Notes under the pieces: generated by a model
Database searches by the model: none
Seen by the model: only the letters and a program-made list of their open reading frames with translations
What the model was told of the DNA's origin: nothing
NCBI GenBank assembly: GCA_050012075.1
Contig: JBEKHW010000001.1
Span: forward strand, 132,766 to 196,765
Direction: 5' to 3'
DNA from: Candidatus Omnitrophota bacterium
GTDB lineage: Bacteria > Omnitrophota > Gorgyraeia > Gygaellales > Profunditerraquicolaceae
Length of the DNA stretch: 64,000 nt
Translations under genes and position numbers: made by a program
Shown: piece by piece, positions 15,001-30,000 of the stretch
Numbering within the stretch: the first letter of the stretch is position 1
Layout: every line of letters begins with the position of its first letter

Positions 15001-18000
15001 GCAAATGAGACATAATACCGGAAGAACAGGATACAATGAATTCGGCTGCTGGAGCGCTTTTCTCTTCTGCGCCTCCTAAAACGACATGAGCTACCTCAAG
15101 CATGATCTCTGCTTCAGGCGCATCAGGATCAAACCCGCGAAGATGAATATTCTGGCCTTCTCCTATTTCATGTGTTTCCTGTTTAATACTTCTTTGTTTT
15201 ATGGCAGCTTCCTGCGCTTTTTCCCCAAGGAAAGAACAGAGCATTTTTAATATTTCCGTGCCTTGGGATTCCGAGGATCTCTTCCTTTCTTTTAGCAGAA
15301 CCTCAAGATCTCCCTGGCGTTTTATCAGGAACTTGAATTTACCTTCAGCAGTCAAGAGATCAATGGCTTCTTTAACCTTCCAGGCATATTCCCAAGACAG
15401 GTCGCCCTCTGCGACTTTATCCGTCAGCCAGATAAGGATATATTTTGCTGCTGTGGCAGTGAGTTTACGAGCCGCCGGAGAGCTGCCGGAGGAAATCAAG
15501 TGGATACCTGTCGGCACAGGAAGCATCTTTTCTCTAAGCACAGCCAAGACTTTAGCCGGCACTATGCGGCGCATCTGCTTAGCGTAGCGTTCCGAGAGGG
15601 TCTCTACGTCCTGGATCTCATGATTAGCTGCGAGCTTCGATAGCTCCCCTTCAAGAATAAAGTTAGCCTTGAGATAGGCCTCTTCATATTCCGTAAGCTC
15701 TGCTGGTCCGGAAAGTAAAGTCTTAAGCCGAAACCAGGTTGCAACAGACATATTTATCTCCGGAGACGTGGGGTCAGCAAGAACTGAATTCAGGCAACGG
15801 TATTGGTTCGTATCAATATGCTCCAGCATAGAGAAATGCGTTATACCGCGTAAGATGATGATAATAGAGCCGGGCATATCAGCCGCTAATTGCCCTATTT
15901 GCCCGCGCACCCCTTCATCGCGCAGCTTAACCATATTGGCTCCCGGCTCAATGTTTTCTTTCAGCAACTTAAGATAGGATTTCCTGTTACCGAAGTTCCA
16001 ATCAAGCCACGCTTCATGAGATCTAACCGACCATTCCAATGTTGAAACAAAGGTATCGAATGATAGTAGCTCGGAAACAGCGTGAATGTTCCTGTGACGG
16101 TGAAGCATTTCCTGTAATCCATACATATAACCCATTACCACATCCAGTTTTTCAGGGTTCCCCACTTTAAAATCACCTAAGAGATTTCTTTTGCTAAACT
16201 TATCGAGGATGCCTTCACACAACTGGCCATAGATTACCTTTAATTCCTCACGCTTACCGGAGTCTAACCAGCTTTTTACTTTATCGTAGCCCTCCATAAG
16301 AGGTAAGCCATAAACACCCAGCCCATTTTCGACAATGACCGTTACAGGCCGTTCCTGAACATTTGCTATTTCTACAATACGCTCAAATGCAGGAGAAAGA
16401 CAAGCAAATGAATTGCGATAAGCATGAAAATCAAATATCCCTATAATATCCGTTAGCTTCCGTGTCGGCGAAGCAGGGTTTGTGAAGAATTTTTCTATAG
16501 CAGCAGGCAGAATCTTTAAGATCTCTGCCCGGCTATGGACGGATGAGTTTGTAGGAGATGAACCTTTTTCCGACTTTTCTGCAAAGATATTCCAATCCTG
16601 CATATCTTTCTTCAACATCCTTGCTACCTGCATAATCTCATGGGGTAATTCCATAGAATCTACCAAACTAAGGTTATAGCCGTTTTCATATCCATACTTA
16701 CTAGCCTCGGCACATCTTATTATCCGTATAGATTTCTGGCCTTCAGGAAAGGCATCAATAATATATTCGTCTTCAGTGACCACCCAGAATAGTATGAATT
16801 GCTGTCCAGCTATCTTAATGATTTTAAAGAAGATATTTGATTGCTTTGGCTGCCTGTCCAAGCGCCTTTTTACTTCAAAAGCATGGGCCTCGCAGCAGGT
16901 ATTTAAATGCGCGTCGCACAATTCCGCTTTATGCGCCCTGATAAAATATACCGCCTTCTGCGCTATATCCTCGTATAATCCTTGAGCCGGAGAGCTACCG
17001 TATTGTTCATAATTGACCCGTAAATTAGGGATATTATTGAACCTCTCTTTATCTATCCCGGAAATGATGCGTTGCCTGAACCAATCCAGAAGCGGAGACT
17101 TAACATGGGCCAAGGGTTCTTTTTGCCCTTGTATGAATAGAAGCAGAACTTCCTGCGGCAAGGCCTCGCCAAAATCCTTGAAATCTTCCTGAAGGTAGCC
17201 GCGTACAAAAGCAGAAATTGCCTGCGGCACCTTATAACCCAAAATCTTGGGGATGGCATAGCGCAAGTCACAAATCATCTCAGCCAAGAATTGATCCCTG
17301 GTTAATCCGTCAAACTCAATGTTCTTTGAGGACCCCAGGTCAAAGATTACCGGCGGCATATCCAGGAACTGGTCTGCATTAAACCAGGAGTGCGTAAAGC
17401 CGGCATTATGCATCAGGCGCAACAAGCGCCCTCCTGTGCAAATAGCCGAAATAAATTCCTCTTTCGGAAGGAGATCGCATAAACCAAGGCTACGCCATTC
17501 CTGCAGGCTGTTACAGCCATATAACGTAAAGCCCAAAACCTCACGCTGGCCTTCATAGTAGGCCTCCCCTGGAAAATCATAGTAGAACCCGGGGAAAAAT
17601 CCTATCCCAAGCGGATAGCGTACCGATACGCGGTGTTGACAGAAATACTTTGAATGCCAGATATCGCAAGAAATAATAAAATCGCGGATGGATTCACTTA
17701 ACAGGCAGCCACCTTGCGGAGAAGTATGGTCTGGGATAATGCTTATCAACCCTTGAGCGTCTTTAGCAAATTTATAGTCTGTCCAACCGCTGCCCATATG
17801 CGGCAGCAAGGGCTTGCGCGTATCAAAAACAACTCCTTTAGCATAGAATTTAGTGATTGTAAAATCTTTATCATTCCGGGAAACGGAGATCGGGTATTTA
17901 AGCTCTGTCCATGTCGTGCGTAGGTTCTTAACACTGGGCTGATTGGTAGAAATCAAATTCAGCAAGGACGCGTAATCTTCCGCATCAATAAACGGAAGTA

Positions 18001-21000
18001 TATCCTTTTTAATAAATAGTTCTAAAGGCCTCTCACCGGAAGATACGGAAATATGTTCTGTCGCCTCATTGATAAATTTCCAGCAGGAGCCAGCCTGTTC
18101 AAGGTCTATCCCCACGCCTGAATACCGGCCCACAGGATCCAATAATGCCTCTGACGGATGGGTATTCAAATATGAGCAAGTTGCGGTTTTGATAAAGATG
18201 CACGTTGGGAATTGTTTTTCTCCTGAGGGGAGTTCTTCAAGCAATACCATAAAAGGCAAGGAGCGGACATCCAATAAACTATTGGCGAAGACGATAAAAC
18301 GGCTGCCGGGCCTCATGGCCGCCAATTTCTTGGTAATACCATCCTTTAGCTGGCTGCAAGAGCTGTCGTCAAAATAAAAGATCACGTCATAAGCCGAAAA
18401 ATCCTCTTCCCTGAAATCGCCTGAGAGCTGAGTTGGACGGCCATTGAGCAGGCTGACTTTACAGGTGGAAACCTTGTTAAGAAGCATCTTCTCTGCCACA
18501 TCTCCTACCTTTGACAGTTGCTTATCTACCTCAAATCCCCTTGCCTCGGAGCCAAAAGCATAAGATGCCACCAAAAGCGCCCGCCTGTCATCAATGCCGA
18601 TTTTCAGGAATTTGTCTCCGGGCCTAAGCTTTGCTACTGCAAGCGCTTCACTAATATTTTTAATACGTGGAGGCATAAATACACCTTCAGTTGCAGAACC
18701 TATGGGCTTATCGTTTTCCGGAGGGAAACCCCTGATTAGTCTTCCTTGATAAATCTTTTCATAGATACGCGCGATTTCTTTTACCATCGCCTTTCTATAA
18801 TCAACAAGCTGCCAAAATAACAGCTTTTTCTTGTCTAAAACAGCAGGAGAGCTACTCTTGGTTGAAGTAAGTTTTCGGGAGGCGATGTTGATTTTAACAA
18901 GGCATTCTCTAGCGGCATCAGCGATAAGAATATTGCCTTGATAACCAATAATAACGGCTGGTTTAAAGACTTTTCCTTTTGCAATCTCTTTATAAGTGCC
19001 GTCTTTAGGGTTAACTTTGAGCAGGCGTTCCTTAACAGTATCAGCGATAAAGATATTGCCGCGGTATAGGGTCATAATACTTCCAAGTGATATGCTTCCT
19101 TGCGCAATCTCTTTATAAGTATTGCCCCTGAGGCCAATCTCAATGATGCACCCTTTGACAGCATCACCAATATAAATATTGCCACCGCATCCAACAATCG
19201 TGTCAGAATAGGGGATCTTTCCTTTTGCAATCTCTTTATAGTAGCCGTTCTTAAGGTTTATTTTTATAAGTGATTTTTCACTGCTTATGGCATAGATACT
19301 GCCCAGGTACCCAATCATCCTTCTTATAGTCGGCATTCCTGCTGCTATTTCTTTGCAAGTGCCGCTTTTGGGATTGATTTTGAAAAAATACACTTTACCG
19401 TTATCGACAACATAGATGGCGCCCTGATATAAAATCATGACGGTTGGATCAACAAAAATTCCTTGGAGTATAGTTTTACAAGCGCCATCTTTAGGGTTAA
19501 TTTTGACAAGCGATTTATTGCCGTCAATTGCATAGAGACTGCCATTATAGGTAATTATGTTGGCAAGAATAGGCATCCTTATCTTTGTGATATCCTCATA
19601 GCTGCCATTCTTTGGATTAATTTTTATCAGGGTTTTACCAGTGCCATCAAAAACATAGATACCGCCCCTACAGCCAGCCATTGTTCTTGGATTACAGGTA
19701 CTACCTTTGGCCAGTGCTTTATGTTTCCGGTAAGGCTTGGTTTTTTCTGCCTCGGCTATAATCGTTTTGACAAATGAAATTAAAACATCAACGGTTTCTT
19801 TCTTGCCGTCAGCCGAAGATGATATTTCATCTTTTTTCTTCAGTTCTTCCTGGAAGAGAGAAATAAATCTTTTTAAGCTATCTTCTTCTTTCTCCACAAC
19901 GGCATCCTTACCGCCTAACTCTTTCAAATATGCCTTAAATCCCGCTTTAAGGATAGACAATATATCTTTTGCAGCAAATTTATTCTTAAGTGACCAGTAG
20001 GTAATGACAACAACATATTCGCAAAGGTGTTGGCCTGTTTCAAAACTAAGCAAGGCATTGAGTTTTATCTTTTCTACATGGGCAAAGTCAGCTAAACCAC
20101 GCAGCCTTATATTTGACTTACTAACCTTTTTTCTAAGCTTCTCTATACCGCCTATAGGAACCGTGCTCCAGAACCACTGCCTGCGTGAACGTTTCTCATG
20201 CGTAAGCGGCGAGAGTGATTTATGGATATATCCTAACTTTAAAAGTTTGGCAAGCTGGGTCATGGTGTTGACAGCGCATCTTTTCATATCCTTGACGGTC
20301 TTGATATCTTCGGGATAGATGAAGTATTCCGGCTTGGCGATATAGGCGATATATTCATGGGACGCCTTTACAGCGGCAGGCGCGCCGGTAAGTTTTCTTT
20401 TATCGGTAAAAATATAGGAATCGTCTCCGTTGCTTAGCAGAACGGGAACATCTGCTCTCCTGCTTCTTAATTCCTGCATTATCCCTGCTTCACGCTCTAA
20501 TACCAGAAGCCCTTCACCTTTTTTCCTGAATTTCCTTGCTAGATACGCGTGGCTATTCAGCTTTGTAATGGCCGTGCGGAACGCCCAGTCATCAATCTTG
20601 TAACCGGCAAGCGGATTAAGGGCCGCCGGCGAGCTGCCGCGGCTGTCTTTGCCGTTAACCTGACCGGCAGGGCTGCTGCCGATGCTCACTCCCGCCTCCA
20701 GATTGCCAGTAAGATGGCGCCTGCCACTATTCTCTTCAGAATTAGCGATGGAAGATGAAACTTCCCTTATTACCACACATTTGCCGCAGGTTATATCATG
20801 ACCGTTAAATCTATTAACGACATCTAAATCCAGAGGGCTGCTGTCCGAAAGAATTCTTCCATAATACTGAATGATATCCGGATTATTCGTGCCTAAACCG
20901 GGCGCAAGCCCTCTTAAGGGAACGAGAATCATTCCAGCGCCAAGGAGCCTGGCAATTTCTTCTTCATAATCCAGGACCTTTTCTACAAAGTCCTCCGGAG

Positions 21001-24000
21001 ATAAATCTGCGGTAATTTCCGTGCGCGGGCTTAACCCCCTGTCAATAAGCACCTTTTTACCGCCTACGCTGTTAGGCATCAGCAGCGTACCGCCTAAAAG
21101 CCCTCCTGTATCTTCGTCGCTGAAGATGAGCGCTATTGCATCAGGGTTATCGCGGATGATATTCTGCGTGCGCGTCCAGCACTCATCAGAACAGTAACCT
21201 ATAAATTCCGCAATCCAACCACGACAAGCCTGTATACGGATATTCCTTTTTAGCCCGCCTCCTGCCCCACCCAAACACTGCCTCTCTTCTTTAAATATCT
21301 TGACCCCTATATATTTCATTAATTCCGCCCTGGCAGCCTGCTCCACATTATCAAAAAGATGGGGTTTGATAAAGCTATCCACGAACTCTACTATTTTACT
21401 AATCCTTCCATAAGAAACAGGATTGTTGGCATTCTCCTTAAAATAGCTTCGCCAAGAAGGATTTTCTTTTAAAGCTGCGCTAAACAATAAAATGGCTATG
21501 CGAGGGGAGATATTTCTTACTGTGCCTATGGTCTTAAGCTGGATTCCTGTAAGCTGGAATAATGGTGCTACCGAAGAACCGCAGAAGAGGGATAATTTAT
21601 CTTTAATGGCTTTTAGCACCTCTAGCCTTTTCCCTATTGCCTCGGAGGCCAGGAAGGACAAGTCTCTTCCGCTGCTGTCTTTTCCTTTATTAAGCTTATC
21701 CTGAAGAGACGATACCTCTTCATCTATAAGCCTGATAATCTCTGCGGTGGTTTTTTCATACGGTTTCTCCGGATTAAGCCCCAGTTCAGACAATGCCGTA
21801 TTTAATAAAGCAAGCATGTTGCGATAATACGCCTCGGCTTGCCCAGTAAACTCTTGCGCTCTCCTTCTTGCTACTGCGATAACTTTTGGCTGCGGCATGC
21901 CGGCCGGCAAGGATTTAATCTCTCCCTTCTTATAGGCATCTAAGTATTGCCTGTATATTTCCTCAAGCTTCAAATCGCTTCTGAAAAATTGACTTATTTT
22001 AAAACGGGTTATAGCTTCTAATAACGCAAGTGTCATCCTATCGGCTAAATTGACATTGTGCGGCAATAGATCCTGGAAAATATACGGATAAATGTTGTTG
22101 TATAATGCAGTAAAAGTAGCTACGCCTCCCCGCTTAAAAATTTCTTCTAAGACGGTATCTATCCCTATGGAGGAAATTAAAAAGCGTAATAAGGGTAGAA
22201 TGCGCTGATTTTCTCCAAGTGAAATAAAAATTCCCTGCAGATTGTTAACTCTGTCGTTTTCTAAAGCATAAGTTATCAGATGAGCGGAGAGGTCAAAACG
22301 TTCTTTCAACGGGAATTCCCTGTTATTTAGCATATGAATAATTTTTGAGGCCTTCTTGGAAAATTGTATCCTTTCTGCTGCCTCAACTGCGATATCCCCT
22401 GCTAATTCATGGTAGCCCGCATCATAGCATTTATTAATCCACCCCACCACATCAACTGCGCTTATGCCTGGGAGCTTGTTTTTCACTGCCTCAACTGCGA
22501 TCTTCCCTGCTGTGCTAGTCCGGCCGCTATCAAAACACTTGTTAATGTTCCCTACGATATCAGCTACGCTTATGCCTGGGAGGTTGTTTTTCACTGCCTC
22601 AACTGCAGAGCATTCCTTAATCCACCCCATCACATCAGCTGCGCTTATGCCTGGGAGGTTGTTTTTCACTGCCTCAACTGCGATATCCCCTGCTAATTCA
22701 TGGTAGCCCGCATCATAGCATTTATTAATCCACCCCATCACATCAGCTGCGCTTATGCCTGGGAGGTTGTTTTTCACTGCCTCAACTGCGATATCCCCTG
22801 CTAATTCAGGCTGGCGCCTATCATCAAAGCACTCTTTAATGCTTCTTATCACATCATCTATACTTATGCCTGGGAGGTTGTTTTTCACTGCCTCAACTGC
22901 GATCTTCCCTGCTGAGCTAGGAGAACCCATATAAAAGCATTCCTTAATCCACCCCATCACATCAGCTGCGCTTATGCCTGGGAGGTTGTTTTTCACTGCC
23001 TCAACTGCGATATCCCCTGCTAAACTACAATAATGCGTATCAAGGCACTCTTTAATGCTTCTTATCACATCATCTATACTTATGCCTGGAAGCTTATTTT
23101 TCACTGCCTCAACTGCGATCTTCCCTGCTAATTCAGGCCGACCACCATCACAACACTTCTTAATGCTTCTTACGACATCATCTATACTTATACCGTGGAG
23201 TTTGTTTTTCACTGCCTCAGCTGTAATCTTCCCTACTAGGCTAGGAAAACCCATATAAAAGCATTCCTTAATAATTCTTATGGCAGTGTATAAAATTAAT
23301 ATATCGTAGCCTAATTGCTGGCTATCTTGTAAATTTGGCAGTGAAATTTCGCGGATTAAATTTGGTAGTATTCCCGAATGTTTGGAGCTGATGTTTTGCC
23401 TATCCGCCCCGCCGCCCGCGCCCGCGCCGCATACCTTATCTTGCGCCGGCGAACTGCCGCACGCATTTAATACATCCTGGGGAGTGTTAGGATTTTTGGC
23501 AATGAACTGTCTTGTCTGTTTCCACAGCGGCCCTTGAAGCTCGCTACGAAAACCTATCCATAATTCCCTAAGGATCTGCGCAGGCGTTTTCCGGTTCAGG
23601 GCTATCGCGGTAATGATAAACCAATCTCCTTTTTGCTTTTCCGACTCCAATATCTTTCGAATGACCTTCTCTTCGCTTGATGACAGGGCCACTGCCAACC
23701 TTATGGCCGCATCTTTATCAGCCGCGTAACGGGCCTGAATGCGCCTATCCAGCCCGTCTATTCCTGTTTTGATTCTCTTATATTTTCCATTCCAGGCCCT
23801 GCCTTTTCTTTCTGTTAAATAAACAAAAATACGCCTGTTAAATCTTTGTAAAATTCTGGTAACGGCTTGAGTATGCCTGCCATATTCATTAATCAATTCC
23901 TTCTGATTCCAACCCAATCTTTTTGCTATGGCTTGCTGGACCCCTCCCAACCGGTCATCTTCCTGGCCCCGGTAATGGTGCAGTTCGTTCCTCACCAATA

Positions 24001-27000
24001 ATAGGAAACTTAGGGCTTCTCTTAGTATGCCGGCCTCTTGGACGTTTAGCAATATCTTTCCGTACGGCAAATACAAATCTTCTTCTATCTTGAAGTATAA
24101 CGGCGGTTCGTACCCGAAAGACCTCAGGCGGTGGTTTATGCAAGTCATATTCCTCAAGGTGCCATTGCCATATTTCAAGTTCAATTCCGAATCTTTCACT
24201 TCTACTATCGGAAATGATTCTCCGATCAATAACTCTTTAAGCATCAGGCTCTGATCTCTAACGATCTTTTTTCTTTGCTGTTCAGACATAATCTCAGGGA
24301 TAACTTCTTTATTACCCCAGATGAATGTAAGTTGCGATAAAAGATACATTAATTTACCGCTTATCTTCCGCTGCTCAATGGCCTCCGCAATATATTTCCA
24401 GGGGTGAAAAACCATCTTATTTTTGTGGTAACCCGCTAAAATTAAAGAACCTTTGATTTGATTGATCAATATTGCTTCCTGTTCAGTACTGATCCTGTCC
24501 TGATTGCAGAACATAATGAAATCTGTATCTGAATAAAGGACCATTTGCTTTCTAGCTACGCTGCCGTAACCTAAAAGCGCAATGTCTTGAGAATAAGACG
24601 GAGAAACATACCTATCCATAATACTTCTTACGGTAAATTCAAATAGATCAGTGGTTGCCTCGGCAATACGCAGGCCATTAAGTCTCGACGCTGATTGTGC
24701 CCGTATCTTATTAATCTGCTTCTTTCTTTCTGCAATATCGACTTTTAATTTTCTGATAAAGGCCATATCGATATTCTGGCAACCCGCCGGAGAGCTGGCG
24801 CGCTTATCTATACTGGCCTGTGCTTTTATATCCTGAACGAGTTTCCTTCCTTCCAATAGTAGCTCCATCAATTCAAAACATGACGCCATTGCCTTTTGCG
24901 TATCGGAAGGGAATATTACGCCTCCTGCGTCCAGTAAGCTATTTTCCAATAGGGTATATTTCTCATTTGCAGGGGGGATAAGATACTGCCGGTAATTATC
25001 AGGACTAATGCCGGTAAGAATACCCGGATTACGGGTCAGGATAGTGATTATTTCTTTTCTTTTTGCTTGCGCATTCCCAATGTGGCCGTTCAACCTCATA
25101 ACCCTATCCCACCAGCCCTCTGTGGCATAGACGGTATTATCACCTTCATTCTGAAAGACCGCGGCATTGGCTTGAAGATAATTCGGGCTCCTCGCAAGCC
25201 ATCTTAGGTTCTCTTCATCGGCATTATCCTGTGGATTACTTATTTTAATCAATTCACCTTTAATACAACTTATAGAGAATTTATCAGCTGCATCTGCGGA
25301 AATGCTCAATAATCTGGATTGAGTCTCTTTTGGCTCGGTAAGTAAAGGGTGAAGTTTTGGCCGGGCGCTACCTGGTTCGTATTCAGAAATGAGACTGCGC
25401 AACCCAACACCTGTGATTTTCTTCTGGCTGATCTGGGTAGCGATGTGGATTATGATGGGCTTACGCTTATTAGAATCCTTCGGCGGCGCCTGCGGATGCT
25501 GGGTCAGGCTCTCTTTTATCCTGGCCTTCAATACTTCGATCTTTCCTAGGGATAAGCTACCTTGCCTTAACACATTGAAATCATGTTGGCTTACCTTTAC
25601 GACGGCATCCTTGAAATCCTCATATCGCTCTTGGAGTTTACGCCCCAATACTGCGGGAGAACTAACGACGGCTGCCGGGCCGATTTCATCCGGCCTTATT
25701 TTTGAAAGCGGCCGGAAGCCTTCCGACTCAAACCTATCCTGGCCTTCCTGCATTTCAAACGATGTCTTTACATCCCAGAGCAACTTGCCACGAGTAAACT
25801 CCTGTCTTCCGCGCTTAGCCCAAAGCTCCCTCTTTAAGCTTTCGCTTTCCACCGGGAAACCTGCGCCATCTATTATCTTTAGGGCTTCCAGGAAAGGCAG
25901 GCACGGTTTTCCAATAGTTCCTATCTCTACCATTTCTATCGGCAGGTGGGCAAAATAAGCGATGATATCTTCTTCATTCATATATTCCAGCAGGTCAGTT
26001 AATTCTCGGCATATCTCTATAATGCCTCTGACCAGATGGACATTATATAAACTTTCTATGATCTTTTCGGCCTGGTAAATGGAAAATTCTGGCTTCAGTA
26101 TCCCTTGATATTCTTTTATTTCAACACAGGTGGCCCAGAAGGTTTGGCCGAGCATAACGTCTTTCCACCAGTCAATCTCTGCGCCGCGCCGGCGATACCT
26201 TGAAGTTAAATACTTTGGATTAAAAGGAATAAAACCCTGCCAGCCTTTATAATCACAGAGAAAGCCGGCAACGACCGATTCTCCGCTATCCAATCTCTTT
26301 GTGGCGATATCCATGATGAATACCTTCCATAATCTCGTCTCCCGCTCCCGGGCGGCTTTTTCTAATTCTTTGATGGCCTGGCGATGCTCTAATGCCAATT
26401 CCCTGGTGACACTAAAAATCGGCCTGTCGTTAATGCCGAAGCCGGCTAAATATGCGGTAACTTTTTCTCCCTGAGGATGCTTTTTCAGGTAATCTCCTGC
26501 TGGCTCTGGAATCAACCCATGAGGAAGCAGGCTATAAATTTCCCTCCCCTGGTAAAAATAAGAAACTCTTATGCCGTGATACCAGGGGCCGTATATAACA
26601 ACCTCACAGGGCAATGGTTCGCTGATTTGAGCGGCCTGCCTTAGATAAGAAAGAGCTCTGGTTACGGTAGGAAGGTATGGCGTAGGAAGGTATGGCGTAG
26701 GAAGCTGTTGCGTTGGCGCAGGTTTTTCTGTTTGTCTTAACTTATCCTGAGCCAACCGCATTACTTCTCTGCGCTGTATCTGGAAACTTTGTTTTTCGGT
26801 ATCCGTAAGGGCCTGCCAAGCTTCTGGCGGAAAATAACACCCTCTTTTGGCTATTCGTTCTAAATTATCGCCTTTTATTGAAGACGCCCCTTGAGCGATC
26901 TTTTCTTTGTAACTATCAATAACCGCTTGAATTTGGGCGGCAGGAGAAAGCGGCACTTCATTTGCTTTTGCCTCAGGCGGCGCGACTGTTGAATTATTCT

Positions 27001-30000
27001 CCGTCTCTAATAATACCTGAAGGCGTTCTTCCTTCTGCGCCTGTGGCTGTAAAGTTGTTTGCTTAACCAGCTCAATAATTTTATTTAGCTCAATCCGGAT
27101 TCCGTCTTCATTATAAATATTACCTGTCTCTTCATCTAAATAATAAGAGCCGCGGATAAGCCGGTCCTCTACAAATGCCTGCCCTATCAATAAGTCCACT
27201 CTGTGTTCAAATAAGTGCCGCTTTTCTTTTTCAGATAAACTGGTCTTGCGATAACATAGCTTCTCGCCTTCAAGCTGGATATCTTCTTCCAGGCGCTCGG
27301 CAATATCTTCGCTGAAGAACTTAGGTTTAAGTTTTAACCTAAAAATCTTCGAATATTCTCTTAACATAGTTATAACGTCTTCTTTTTCTTCCGCTTTTAC
27401 AAAGGTTCTTGCGGGGCACAGCTCCTGTGTAATGGAAACTTTACGCTTGAAAGAGGAGGTGCTTAGATAAATTTCCGGTAGCCGGCAGTATAACCTGGCA
27501 GTGAATTTCCCGGGGCAGGAGAGATCTTCTGAAATAACCAAAAGATGCTGTTTGTCTGACAACCCAGACAACATCTCTGCAGAAGGAAGCGGGTATTTAT
27601 AGGAGGAATAGACAATGAGGCCATCTAGGTCAGCAAGCAGTGTTCCAGTCCGCTCTTTCTTAGCCTTAGCCAATATCTCCTGCCATTTTTTACTGTCAAT
27701 GCATAACTGCCTGGCTTGCTGCTTAAGCTCAGGTATATTCGGCAAGATTTTCCATACCGGAGGCCTTACTCCGGGATACACCGTATCCCACTGCGCTTGC
27801 GTAAAATCCTGCATGTGCTTTATTGTATTGAACCCAAATATCAGATTTTTCTCAAATGCTTCCCAATCCACCAGGACAAAGTCCAAGTCAGTAACTGCCC
27901 GCTCTTCTCTTATTGCAGCTAGAACCTCATCCCACGGGTCGTATGAACACTTGGTAGTTCCGGATTGGAATTTCTTCAGCTTTCTTTCCACCTCTCTATA
28001 TCTGGCAAAATCCTCCTCCAAACATCCGGTAGCCGAGTCTTTAAAGAATACAAAGACATCCTTACGCACTTTTCCCCCGATATGAAAGCCGCTATCCTGG
28101 CAAAACGCGACCCTTAATGCCGGCAGATAGACCATATCTTCATAACTGCATCCTTTTACCGCTTCTATCTTTTCTATGATCTGCTGATTACCTATTTTCC
28201 TCTGCAGCGCTGTCGCTAGATCCTGTGGGGAGAGCATCGGCTTAAATCCGAATTTCTCCAACCCTTTATACATATAAGTATTCGCGGTAGAAAGTTCATA
28301 TTCTATACCCGGCACTTTATCCCGCGCGATCTCTATTCCTCCGCGGATACCTTCATCCTCTATCATTCCCCACAGCATCTCCTTGGTAAAATCAAGTAAT
28401 TGCTGATTGATGAGCATCTCTTGAATAGCCGCATTTGAAATATCAGCTTGCTGCGGCGTAACAGGTTGCCTTTCCCCGAAAAGCCTTCTGGCTCTTAGCT
28501 GTTTTATAACGGTATCTAACGAATCAGAAGATCCTTTCTGTCCGGAATGATCTGGTGTCCTGGCCGGGGACGAACCCTGCTTTACCGGAACTTTCTTTGA
28601 TGCCAAAGTGGATATCTTTTGCTTCAGTTGAATTGAAAGCTGCTGGAACGCTCCACTCATATCTTCTGGAAGGATAAATTGCCTAGAAAGTATTTCTATA
28701 CGCTGTGAAATATCCTGCAGAACTCTTAAGTCGTAGCTCTGCGCAGCTTTAAGCTTACTTGAACTTAACAATACCTGCCAGGCATCCTGCCAGACCGCAG
28801 AATATTCACCTTGTTCAGCAAGCGACAAACCATATTCCTCCATATTGGTGAATATATCCCTGACCCTTACCAGCAACGATATTTCTGTTTCAATATCCTG
28901 CATTTCCTGCGCTTCGCGCAATTGTCCTCTTAATGCTTGCGGCCTTGGCGCATGTTTCTTGTGGTGTGCCTCTCGCCTTATTTCAGCTGGTCGCTCTATT
29001 GCCTGCTCCGGATACGCAGGTTCCTCATCTGCAAATTCCTGCTTACTACTTTGTCTTGTTATATACTCCAACCTCCGGTATATCCTCTGCCGAAGAACCG
29101 CTAACCATTCTTTTAATTTCTCTCCTTCTCTATAACCGACTTTATTCCATTGGCCCGCAATAGCCCCCTGCCAATTCTTTTCTGTAAGCCGGTCATATAA
29201 TACCTGTAAACCGTCTTCACCCGTAGGATGGACGTACAAAAGATCACTCGCTTCTCTTGCTAATCCTCTAATATGCTCCTCAAGCGCTTGCCTGGCTAAG
29301 ATAGCTTCTTCATTTTTGGTTTTTGCCTGGTCCAACGCATCTTTCCTGTCCTCCAGCGCCTTAGTCCAATACTGTTTTAACTTACCTGTTAATTCCTGCG
29401 AAGCTTTTGAACGATCATCCAAAGACCCTATTTTATCCTGCGTCTGTTTGTTGAGCCCGCCAAATTGCGCAACGGCACTTAAATTGGACAGGGCTACAAG
29501 ATTTTCTCCTATATATAATAATACCTGCAGCCGCTTATTTTGTTTCTCAATGCTTACCGCCCGCTCCTTCAGATACCGTTCCAGTTTTCTTTGCCGTTCC
29601 CTTAAAGGTTCATCATCAGCATATTCAATAAGCTCAACAGGTACCTTCAATTCTGCGCGCGCCTGGGCGATTCTTTCGGATAATTGGGATAGAACTGAAG
29701 TAACCTGGCTGCATGCTTCTTTGGCCGGCAGCTGCCTTTCTTCTCCGCTAAAAGGATCCAAGCACCAATAGACCCTTTGGGAATAACCTCCCCATTTAAG
29801 ATCCTCCAATAACTCTTCTATCCTTGCTTCAAAATCAAAGAGGACTTTCTGGCAAGTGACGATATCTAATCTCCGCTGATTCAGGAAACCCAGATGCGCT
29901 GCTATAGCCTGAACCGCTTTTTGTTTAAACCCTTTCCCTAACTCCAGGATATCTTTCTGCCCCTTCTGTTTAAACTGCGCAAGCCTTCCATCCCCTTCCT

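Noticed and set aside
22380-23290. Possible CRISPR array suggested by regular direct repeats
   Set aside because: The repeats are 78-114 nt, abut each other without unique spacers, lie in the coding frame and translate to helical protein repeats. This is a coding tandem repeat, not CRISPR.
25389-25958. + strand ORFs across the window (largest 189 aa at 25389-25958), many containing 'AGELP'
   Set aside because: They are antisense shadows of the minus-strand coding frame. 'AGELP' is the reverse-complement reading of the GSSPA junction motif. The translations are low-complexity (S/L/F/C-rich) with no recognisable domains.
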